Positions 11,481 through 23,800 of a stretch of DNA of 64,000 bases are shown one piece after another. Position 1 is the stretch's first letter; every line of letters begins with the position of its first letter. The notes beneath the pieces are model-generated. The model was given only the letters and a program-made list of their open reading frames with translations. It was not told where the DNA came from and did not search any database. Made by a program: the position numbers and the translations under genes. The stretch is from assembly GCF_001194135.2 (NCBI RefSeq), contig NC_069004.1, forward strand, positions 12,501,586 through 12,565,585, given 5' to 3'. Source of the stretch: Octopus bimaculoides (taxonomy: Eukaryota).

Positions 11481-12486
11481 CTAAACTGGCAATATGACCA
11501 TCCCCAAGTACAACAACATATATATATATATATATATTTGCCAACTAAGCATGGTGTCCTATACAAGACAGTGCTACTGATGTTTATAGCCCCAGGAAGA
11601 CATCTCCTCTAGCTGGCTAACGACACACATTCTGTGCCCGATTATTATTTGTGGGTGGAAGTCATTGCTCCCATCTCTAGCCTTACATGATACACACGGA
11701 CTCGAATTTCTGGGCAGTTACCTGTCCTCAGCATGTGTTAATCACCAGCTAATGACGGAAGCTCATTCCACTCGCAAATTACTATATGTTTTTCTAACGA
11801 CTCACTGTCGCTGATCTCATAGAAGAGAGAGAATGTTATATTAAATCTCTGAGCGAGATGTAAACAGTAGCAGTGTACAGAACCGTAACATATATTTGCC
11901 AACTAAGTGTGGCATCCTATATAGGACAGTGCTACTGATGTTTATAGCCCCAGGAAGACATCTCCAGTTGGCTAATGACACACATTCTGTGTCCGATTAG
12001 TATTTGCCAGGGGAGGTCCGTGATACACATGGACTTGAGTTTCTGAGTGGTTACCCATCTTCAGCATGTGTTCATTACCAGCTAGTGATGGAAGCTCATT
12101 CTACTCGCAAATTGCTGTATATTTTCTAGCGACTCCCTGTTGTTGATCTCATAGAAGAGAGAGAATGTTATATTAAATCTCTGAGCGAGATAGAAGAAGC
12201 AGCAGTACATACATATAGTCATTAATGACTGAGCAAAATTTAGATGAATCTTTATTCAATGATGAAAAATCCAAATATCATGACAAATTTGTTTCATGAC
12301 TCAAAAAGCTTGTAAATAACTTATGTTATCATATTTGTGGTAGGTAGCTTGCTTACCAACCACATGGTTCTGGGTTCAGTCCCACTGTGTGGCACCTTGG
12401 GCAAGTGTCTTCTACTATAGCCTCAGGCCAACCAAAGCCTTGTGAGTGGATTTGGTAGACGGAAACTGAAAGAAGCCCGTCGTAAA

Positions 12487-12524
<38 letters not shown>

Positions 12525-13363
12525 TGTGTGCGTATATGTTTGCGTGTCTATGTTTGTCCCCCCAACATCGCTTGACAACCGATGCTGGTGTGTTTACGTC
12601 CCCGTAACTTAGCGGTTCGGCTAAAGAGACCGATAGAATAAGTACTAGGCTTACAAAGAATAAGTCCTGGGGTCGATTAGCTCGACTAAAACAGGCGGTG
12701 CTTCAGCATGGCCACAGTCAAATGACTGAAACAAGTAAAAGTGTAATAGATAAATTACTTAAATGTCTTCACTAATAGAAAATGTAAAAAACTCTTTCAT
12801 AATTTGAGCTACGTCATCAGGTGAAATAGATTTTAGAAGGATGTATTCAAGAAACAGAAGTTTTTATCTGAGATTGCATAAAGGACACAGATACAGATAA
12901 TGCACCCCAATATCAGCAGCATATATTCAGAAAAAAAGTGACCATCAAAGACGTTTATGGGAGACACAACTTCACATAAGGGACCTTCCATGATTTTTCT
13001 GAGACATTTTTTCCCAAGGAAAAAATGTGCTTCATCCGTGCCATCTAAATAGGGTAATATCATAGTATTTTGTTTGTTTCTGTAAAAATACAACCAAATC
13101 TGTTTGCTGTTAAACCACAAATTCTTTTACCTGAATCGTTTTTCATTAACTTTGATGCTTCCTTGATGTTTTTTTTTTTTCAGATTGGTCATGAACCTAT
13201 GAAATTGTACCAAACACGGACATTTACTGGGAAACCAATGTTAGCCTACCCCAGTGTGTTCCGATATAGTAAGAAACTTTGCTTTTCAATTCTTGGCTTA
13301 AAATTTTAAAATAATAAGACGTCTTGCATATGAGCTCTTCAGTTTGTTTTGTGTGCTTGAATG

Positions 13364-13403
<40 letters not shown>

Positions 13404-16400
13404 ATTAAGAAAAATAATATTCTTAAGATTATGAACCTGGAAAAGTACAGGACAAATTATTACACTTGGAAAAGTCCAGGACAAGTTACTACATCTAGTA
13501 AAGTACACAAAACTGTGAAATTCCTCATGTTTTCTTCCATCATTGAAGCTGAGATATATTTTGTTTTTAAAATAAAAAAGCTATTTAGATCTAAACTTGA
13601 TTGGAGGCGTTACTTCCTCTCCTATAATGTTGCTACAAATTTCAATGTAAACTTTTTTTCTACTGGACCAAATCTCAGTTTTTTTTTAATGCCAAAATGT
13701 AGCTAGGGACCAGTCCTCTTCAAAAATGTTTTCAATTTGGTTAAGAACTGAATTAGTGACAAAGCTCTGAAGATGCTGCATGTGAGTAAATTGCAGCCTA
13801 AAGAATATTATTCAACTACTCCCGTAGTTGAATGATATATATAATATAAATATATATCTATAACAGATTAGTCATTGCTGGGGCATTACCTTTTCATTAT
13901 TTGCGGCCATACAGCAATAGCCACTTTCTAATATTGCACCATTGTCATGGTGAGAACTAAATATATTAACTGTGGAAGATTCTAGATGGAAGAAAGAGAA
14001 TTCCTGGAGAGGTTGGTCATAGAAAATGTGCTATCTGTGTTTATAGAATTGTGGTTTATGAAGTGAGCAGAAGGGCTAAAGGGGTATTTTTTAGCCCAGG
14101 TCAACTCAGATGGACCTGTGATCAGAGGCACACCCCCCCCCCATGCACACACGCATACTTTTTTTTTATTTGTGGATTTACAAGGAACATTTATCCACAA
14201 AGTATGGTGTTGAGCATTCTTTCTCATTGTTCTATACTATTGTAGCATGTGTGTGGTAGTGTGGTATGAGGAGAGCTGCATGAAGAAGTGCTGAATTCTA
14301 GTTAGGGGTAGACCCAGGAAGAGATGGGATTTTAAGTGGTGTGAAAGGACCTTCAGACTTTGGGCCTCACAGAGGAGATGACAAGGGAGGGAGACTTCTG
14401 GCAGTTTGCTGTGCTTGAGAAGACATGTCAAGCTAAGTAAAATCATGGCCATCCATACATACAGTATTGTGTCCTCTATAAGGTGGTGAGCTGGCAAAAA
14501 CATTAACATATAAAGCGGCAAGCTAGCAGAAACGTTAGCACACCAGGCAAAATGCTTAGCGGTATTTCGTCTGCCGCTACGTTCTGAGTTCAAATTCTGC
14601 CAAGGTAACTTTACCTTTCATTCTTTTAGGGTCGATTAAATAAGTACCAGCTATGCACTGGGTCGATATAATCGACTTAATCTGTTTGTCTGTCCTTGTT
14701 TGTCCCCTCTGGGTGTAGCCCCTTGCGGGCAGTAAAGAAATAAGAAACATTCAAGTGCAGGAGTGGATGTGTGGTAAGAAGCTTGCTTCTCAACCACATG
14801 GTTCCATGTTCAGTCCCACTGCATAGCAACTTGGGTAAGTGTCTTCTATTATAACTAAGGCAGTGAGCTGGCAGAAATGTTAGCACACCGGGCGAAGGGT
14901 ACAGCAGGCACATGCATCACAACCATATGTGCGCGACATGGTGATCTCATATCAAGATAAACAGTGTATGACCTTGCAGGTGGGACCCAGTTAGAGTTTT
15001 TCTTCAGGTTGAGTTGCCCATCTTGCTCAAAAGGTCCCTGTGATATTAAGTAGAATTGCTGTAGCCCATCTTTTATACCAAAATCAAACATGTACAATGA
15101 TAATAACACCTGAGTCAGTTTAGATCAGAAACCATGAGAGCTAGTGCCTGGTACTGCACCAGGGTATTTTATTATTATTATTATTATTATTAATTTCGTT
15201 CATCATGTGCAAGTGTGTGTGTATTCATAATTACATTTTGTTTTATACAATTTAAGAAAAATTGAAACGTTTTTTTAACAATTCTTGAGTGTATTGAATT
15301 TACTTTGTGCATGACTTTTGGCCCACCCTGTACAGGAGGAGTTATCTCCCATTACATTTGCTGACAATAACAAAACTATTGATTTCCTTTGATTCTAACT
15401 TTCTCTTATTTAACTGTTGAAATTGTATCCAATTTATTTCCCAGTTGGACATATCTACCATGTAGATGGCTTCTTTGGGCTTTACAAAGGATTGGTTCCA
15501 AAGGTGTTGGCTGGAGCTGCTGGAAGTATTATCCAAAATAAAATCCTTTTGGTAAGTTTTTATCAGTGTTTTATTATTATCATTATTATTATTATAAGAT
15601 ACAGAAATAAATTTATTTCTCAAACGTGTGACAATGCTATAAATAGCGTGATCAGGATAAATAATCCATATAATGCAGAAAAATACGTTGCCGGCCATGT
15701 TATTAAATTGACAAGCTGGCAGAATCGTTAGCACGCTGTGCAAAGTGCTTAGCGGTATTTCGCACGTTGCTACGGTCGATTTTGCCTTTCATCCTTTCAG
15801 GAGTCGATAAATTAAGTACCAGTTGAACACTGGGGTCTATGTAATTGACTCATCCCCACCCCCAAAACTGCTGTCCTTGTAGCAAAATTTGAAACTATTA
15901 TAATCAGTATTATTATTAAGGTGGTAAGCTGGCAGAATCATTAGCACACTGGGCAAAATGCTTAGTGGTATTTTGTCTGTCCTTATGTTTTGCGTTCAAA
16001 TTCCACCAGAAAAATTGCATTTCTCCTGGTTTTTTGTGTCCTGAGTTCAAATTTTACCAAGACTGAATTTGCCATCGATCCTTTCAGGGTTGATGAAACC
16101 AGCACCAATTGAACGCTGGCAGTCGATATAATTGATTAGACGCCCTCCCTCCCAAATTTCAGAATTTGTGCCTAAAGCAGAAATATTGTTGTTGTTTTGT
16201 TTTTTTTTCTAACTATTATTTATTTTTTCAAAGTTTGCTATGAAAACTATATTCCATTTTCATTANNNNNNNNNNNNNNNNNNNNNNNNNNNNNNNNNNN
16301 NNNNNNNNNNNNNNNNNNNNNNNNNNNNNNNNNNNNNNNNNNNNNNNNNNNNNNNNNNNNNNGTAGTCTCATATTGTTCACAGACTTTATGATAAATTAT

Positions 16401-16784
16401 AAAAACAACCTAAACCATCTAAGGCAGTACTCCAGCATGGTACAGTCAAATGACTGAAACACGTAAAAAAGCAACAGAATATCATTCACCCACTGAGAAA
16501 ACATTGACTTTTGGAAACACCTTTTCATACTCTGAATTACTGAAGCATGGAATAAACTACCTGTGTCAGTTGTTAGCTATCAAGACACTACATTCTTCAA
16601 AACTTCCATGCTTCCTGAAATTTGCCAATAGTACACCTGATACCCCCAACCCTGTTTTTTTTTTTTTTTAAGACTTATTCACTATTCGCTTGCTGTGCAT
16701 ATTCTATGTATTGCTCCTACTGTTTTGGTTACTCTTTCTGATGAGTTGTAGCACACCTGAGCGCTGTATACTATAAGGTGATTA

Positions 16785-16820
<36 letters not shown>

Positions 16821-17261
16821 GGTGGCAAGCTGGCAGAATCATTAGCACACAATATGCTTAGTGGTATTTTGTCTGCTGCTGTGTTCTGAGTTCAATTTCC
16901 GCCAAGGTCAGCTTTGCCTTTCATCCTTACGGGGTCGATAAATTAAGTACTTGTGAAACACTGGGGTTGATGTGATCAACTAGTCCTCTCTCCACAAATT
17001 TCAGGCCTTGTGCCTATAGTAGAAAGGATTATTTTTATTATTAAAGTGGAGAGCTGACAGAATTGTTAACATGCCAGGCAAAATGCTTAGTGGCATTTTG
17101 TCCATCTTTACATTCTGAGTTCAAATTCTGCTGAGGTCAACTTTACCTTGCATCCTTTTGGGGTTGATAGAAGTAAGTACCAGTTGAACACTGGAGTCAG
17201 TGTAATCAACTTAGCCCTTCCCCCAAGCTCGCTGGCCTTGTGTCAAAATTTGAAAAATCAC

Positions 17262-17320
<59 letters not shown>

Positions 17321-17557
17321 TACCTATTTCCACAACTACATTCACACATGACACCACTAACTGGGTGCTACTTCTCCACATTATATGTCTTACCATTTCT
17401 CTCTGTTCTGTTTTTATTTACAGCCATTATATAAACTTCTCAACAAAGTCACCTTTTAAACATTAAACTACCATATCAACCCTGGAACTTCAATGACATT
17501 GCCAATATGCTCGAAATAGCAGCTAAATTACACTCCTCCTCCTTTTCTCTCTCTCTG

Positions 17558-17589
<32 letters not shown>

Positions 17590-19198
17590 TCTCAGTACTA
17601 ACCCCTAGCTATGTACCTCTATCTCTTTGTGTTACACAGTCCCTAAAGTCCAATGAGGATACTGATGTGAATGGGGATGAGTCTGATGAAGAGACTTTGG
17701 CAGACTCAAACCAAGATGATGATGCTGATGTTGTTATTGCATTGAAGAAATTATCAAAAATTGTAAGTTGTCCCCGACTGTTTTATATTGAAGCTGGCAT
17801 GACTAGCAGGTGTGATCCACTTAAACCTTTAGCATTCAGAGTCCTCTGTCAGATGTAATGCCAGATATGGTTCAAATGCTAGAGTCAAATCATTTTTACA
17901 GACTGGATCTGGCCAGTTTGATGATAAAACAGGAAGAATATTTGGGCCGGATATGGCCCCTTTTAAATGCTTAACCCTTTCATTACTGTATTTATTTTGA
18001 GATGTTCTATGTTTCTTTCAGTTACTTTAAATATAACAAAGAATTTAATAAAATAACTTAGTTATTACTCAGCTAGTGTTAGGAACATAAATTGTGACTA
18101 AAGCTTGGTGGAAGATTCTAATTCAAAACTTATGAAAACAAGAAATTTGTACTCATTGCCAGAGCCGGTTTCAGCCAGGTTGGTTATGAAAGGGTTAAGA
18201 GTTAAAAACACACACACACACACACTCTTTTACATAAATATATACATTCAGGTACACATTTCAACACACCTACACTTACATCTAAGTACAGATGTGCCTA
18301 AACATACACACATGTAAGTAGTGGTGCACACACACACACACACACAGAAATGATGCTAAATCGCTCACCACCGTCTTATAAACAGACACATTGGTCAGTA
18401 TAGTCTCTGATATACAAATAGATGGAATGACCATTTCTGGAGCATCTTTGATCATGCAGTGGAATTCAACCCAGAACCATGTGGTTTGTGTTTCAATCCT
18501 ACAGAAACATGCTTTCAAAATTTGTTTTTACATTGTTTGTTGACCAATTACCTCACCCCCACACTATGACCACTGCCAACTAAATATTGCCTATTTTGAC
18601 CAATTCTTTTTTACTAGTCTCTCTCTAAATTCTTCATCTCTAGTCTTTCACCTGTTTGTTTGCTCATATTCAACACAGAACTATGTCTTTTTGGATGTCA
18701 ATGTGTTATATTTCCTTTTCTTCTCTCTCCCTCCTCAGATCTCCAAGCAGTTAGTGGCCAGGTCTGTTGCTATAATAGCTACACACCCACTTCAAGGTAA
18801 ACGTTCTCTTACTTTCATCACAAAACGGTTTGTCTGTGCAGATCTTCATTTCAAGAAACTCTGCAAAATTTGGAATCAAATATTGATTTCAACATCATCA
18901 TCATCACCATCATCACAACCACCACCACCACCATTACTACCACCGCCATAATCATTTAATGTCCATTTTTCCATTCTTGCATGGGTCAGATGGAATTCAT
19001 TGTGGCGGATTTCTCTATGGCCAGAAGCCCTTCCTGTTGCCAATCACTAATTTAATAATTACTAAAAGTAACTTGTACTATTCCTTATTATCTAATATTT
19101 GTAAACTTCCAAGAATTGATCATTTGGTTCCATCCCCTTCAAAGCTTACATAGCACCCTCATTGGAATATTGTCTACATATCTACGGTGGTTCTGTTG

Positions 19199-19248
<50 letters not shown>

Positions 19249-20790
19249 GTAAACAAACAAAGTTTGTTTTAGAAGCGTTGAGATGTATTGAAAGGTAGAG
19301 AAATAAATTTATTTATTCTCAAACGCGTAATAATGCTTATAAATAGCGTGATCAGGATAAATTATCCATACATTGCAGAAAAATACGTTACTGGCCAGCC
19401 ATGAGACTGCCATAACTATACAAGAATGCCTCATGTTAACTACCGTAATAAACACATTTTTACCGAATGCAAGGAAATGCAAGCCTCAAAGAAGCTTGGG
19501 AAAAACGATAGATTCTTCTCTATGAATTTCTTTCACGCTAGCTACTTGATAAATTCTTATATAAGAGTTTATCCTATCATTTAATTAATATATATATATA
19601 CAAACATCTGAAACCATAACCAAAAGAAGTTTATTCATTTTATTGATAAATATTTAGTCACCAACACACATGCTACAACTTGTAACTTGCTCATGTTTGT
19701 TTTTGATTTTGTAAGCATGTTCACGAGTGTTAAATATATGAAATTCAAAAAGGTGTCCAAGATTGTTTGTTGTAGTGTCAAACAATGGTTTCATATGACA
19801 GTGTACCTTTACTTTCTCATGTGCTGTCCACATCCTAACCTCATTCCCAAGTGCCTTTATCAGTCTAATCCATGTTGATATCAACTTCAACTTGTGTGTA
19901 GGATATGGGTGTGACAAACCATGGAATGCATCGATGATCACATGGCAGTGTTTGTTATGTAGCTTAACCCTTTAGCATTTAAACTGACTGTATCTGGCAC
20001 AAATATTCTATTTGATTTTTTGTTCAAACTATCAAGATTTGGCCTCTTACACCTACCCTACAATGCCATTCTAAAATTAAACAATCACATCATCAAAATC
20101 TCAAAGCTATGATTAATTCAAAACAGTGTGAATAAATAAGCTTTAAATTTGACAGGATAATCTGAATGCTAAAGGGTTTAAAAGAATATTCAGGACCCTT
20201 GAAGAAATCACACTAAATGTAATCCATTGATAGAAGGAACCGGCACCTGCTGCGATGACTAATCCAATACTCAAAGAACTTTGTCATTCTGGTGATTAAT
20301 TCCCCTCCCAAAATCTTGTTTGTTTTTACAAAAAACAACATGAAAATATTTTAACTCTTTTTTTTTTTTTTTTCTAATTCTAGTGATAATGGCTAGAAAC
20401 ATGGCTCAGTTTGTTGGTAGAGAAAAAGAATACAGGTAAGAGATGTTAATGGTAAATGTTTGTTATTATTGTTGTTGATGGTGGCAGTGCTTCTGCTTCT
20501 GTATCTAGATCACTGCCTCTTTGTTCTGAGTTCAAATCCAGTTGTTGTTGTTATCATTGTTATTCACCTTTACACACTCAATAAAATAAATACCATTAAA
20601 AAACTGAATACTCAATACTCAATATCTGCAGGCATGGCTGTGTGATAAGAAACTTGCTTCCCAACCACATATTTCCAAGTTCAGTCCCAGTGCATAGCAT
20701 CTTGGGCAAGTGTCTTTTACTATAGCCTTGGGCCAACCAAAGCCTTGTCAGTGGATTTGGTAGATGGAAACTGAAAGAAGACCATCATAT

Positions 20791-20821
<31 letters not shown>

Positions 20822-23800
20822 ATGTATGTGTGTGTCTGTGTATGTGTGTTTGTTCCCTACCACTGCTTGACAACCGGTTGCTGTTTACACTGTACCTGTT
20901 TGATTTTTCAGTGGTATAATATCTGCTGCAATGGAGATCCTAAAAGTGGATGGCCCTTCGGGTTTCTTTGGGTAAGTAATTATTACTCTTTACTCTGTCA
21001 TTTCCTGTAAAATCTATTCCAGAATTGAACCTATAAATTCCACTAATTGAATTTGTTTCTACTCCACATTTTTCAGTGGCCTTGTACCACGACTGCTAGG
21101 AGATTCAATCAATCTGGCATCAACTAGTATCCTCACATACATCCTCAACAAATATATCATCCAAGACAAGGTGAGTATCATTGGTTAATTAAAATGCTTG
21201 AATGATCTTAACAAGTTTTATTATGGGTATATTTGTTGTTGTTTTTTAAACCATCTGATTTCAGGGGTGAGGAGGGGTTTTTGTAATTATTTGACTACCA
21301 GTTCCAGTCAATGCACCATGGCCATGCTGCAACATCACTATCGTATTCTACACATTTTTATTATTTTCATTAATTTTTTTATAGGCATAGGAGTGGCTGT
21401 GTGGTAAGTAGCTTCCTTACAAACCACATGGTTCCGGGTTCAGTCCCACTGCGTGGCACCTTGGGCAAGTGTCTTCTACTATAGCCTCGGGCCGACCAAA
21501 GCCTTGTGAATGGATTTGGTAGACGGAAACTGAAAGAAGCCCGTCATATATTTGTGTGTATATATATATGTGTGTGTGTGTGTCTGTGTTTGTCCCCCCA
21601 GTATCGCTTGACAACCGATGCTGGTGTGTTAACGTCCCCGTAACTTAGCGGTTCAGCAAAATAAACCGATAGAATAAGTACTAGGCTTACAAAGAATAAG
21701 TCCTGGGGTCGATTTGCTCAACTAAAAGTGGTGCTCTAGCATGGCCGCAGTCAAATGACTGAAACAAGTAAAAGAGTAAACATAATAATTAAAATTTAAT
21801 GACGTAACTAATGGGAATTTTATATTCAGAATCTCACTTCAAAAATATTGTATCTTAAAAACCAGGTTTAAATTTTTCTAACTGAGATAATCAGTAGATC
21901 TTCTGACAAACAGCATCATCATCATCATCATCATTTTAACATCCATTGTCCATGCTGGCATGGATTGGACAGTTTGACCAGGGCTGGCCAGCTGGGGAGC
22001 TGCACCAGGTGATGAGCTGGTAGAATCGTTAGCATGCCGGGCAAAATGCTTAGCATTATTTTGTCTGTCTTGACGTTATGAGTTCAAATTCCATCGACGT
22101 TGCCTTTCATCCTTTCGAAGTTGATAAATTAAGTACCAGTTGCGTACTGGGGGTCAATCTAATCGACTGGTCCCCTCCCCCAAAATTTCAGGCCTTGTGC
22201 CTATCATAGAAAAGATTATTATTATTAAGGTGGTGAGCTGCTTAGTAGCATTTCATCCATCTTTATGTTCTGAGTCCAAGTTCCGCCAGGTTTGACTTTG
22301 CCTTTCATCCTTTCGGGGGGGGCCAATTGACTGCTGGAGTTGATGTGATTGATTATTCCTTTCTCCCAAATTTCAGGCCTTGTGCCTATAATGGAAAGAA
22401 TTGTTGATCCTACTACGCTAGGTAATGTCTAACAGAAAATATTCTACTAAATATTCAGCTGTTATTATATCATTAAATGTTATGCCTGATCTCAGGAAGA
22501 CTTCATTGTTAACTTCAATATTTTTTGTCTTTTTCTAGAAAGTGTCTGTATATACTGCTGCTTTTGTTGGTGTAAGTACCATTTCCCTTTTTTCATTCTA
22601 CCCCTCTCTTTATCTCTTTACTTCTTTCTTGCTTATGATCTCATTCTTTTATGCATAAATACTCCCTTACATAACCAATTACACTGTGTAATAAAATTTT
22701 GATTTTTTTTTTTTCTTTTGTCTTTGGTCAGTAAGTGTTATTTCCTATTTGCTTCTAACTAGAAATCAAAGGAAATCACTAATATTCCCTTCAAATTTTT
22801 TTTTTACTGATTCGGACATCAATGTTTTGAAACTGACCTATTTTTCCATTACGTTTCAGACAGATTCAGCACTGAGTTGCTGAAGCAGAAATATCATTAT
22901 AGCAAATATTCCATCCAATACCAGAGATTTGCTTGTTAGTTGCTTGATCTTAACCACTTGAGTATGTCCCTTAATGGCTGGCAACTCTGATGATGAGCAG
23001 GAGTAGTGGGGGGAGCATCATAATCATGTGTTGAGAGGGATTCTTTGGGGTTTGAATAAATGTAGCAAAAGCAAAGCTTGAAGGAAATATTAGCCATTTT
23101 TCACAGGTTCTAGGGGTAAGCAAATAAGAAATAATAGTTGCTACCCAAGGACAAAAGTCATGTTAGACAGGATTATAGGAGTGCAGTCATTGATGTATGT
23201 TTTCTTCACAACTTCAACTGCATGGTACCTTGTACAAATGTCTTCTATAACAATCAACCAAAGCATGTTTATCATATTCAATAAATAGAAACTATGTGGA
23301 AGCCTGTCAAAGGTATCATTCTTGCTTTTAGGTGGTGCACCTAATGTTTCACTTTGTTTAACACCACCATCACCTTGTTCTTTGGTGCCTTCAGCAGGTT
23401 CCACTCTTGTTGATTCAACTCAGGTGTAAGGATTATTTACTGACTCCAGACTCAGAAGTTGTGGAATCATGGATACTGCCCTTCAACTTGATAAAAGCCC
23501 CCTCCGACTTATCATCCTCCAGGCCATAGCAGAGGAATTCAAGACTTGAGGACCATGGGGGGAACTACTATATGCTGATGATCTTGTCCCCATAGCAGAA
23601 TTAGGAAGGAAATTCCAGTTGTGGAAAGAGAACCTGGAATCAAAGGGTCTTAAAGTAAACTTAGCAAACACTAAGGTCTTAGTAAGCAAGAAATCAGACA
23701 GGACCCTTCACCCTTCAAGGAAATGGCCCTGCTTGATATGTAGGAAGGGTGTAAGCAGAGATTCTATTCGGTGTCCCCAGTGCAAGCCACGGACTCAATA

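Larger units (their letters stand above)
11533..12213 (-). mobile_element. HHR-bearing tandem dimer (~358 + ~320 bp); Penelope pLTR / non-LTR retrozyme-like
   Basis: Two diverged head-to-tail units (11533-11890, 11891-~12213), one HHR each, cleavage sites 332 nt apart; abuts (TA)n. Confidence 0.75.

Noticed and set aside
16735-16770. CTGATGA followed by gttgtagcacacctGAGC as a hammerhead
   Set aside because: No GAAA and no stem II or stem I pairing.
17148-17434. Poly-Y, poly-I and poly-L ORFs, and similar YI/HT-repeat ORFs elsewhere
   Set aside because: Translations of (ATT)n, (TA)n and (CA)n microsatellites.
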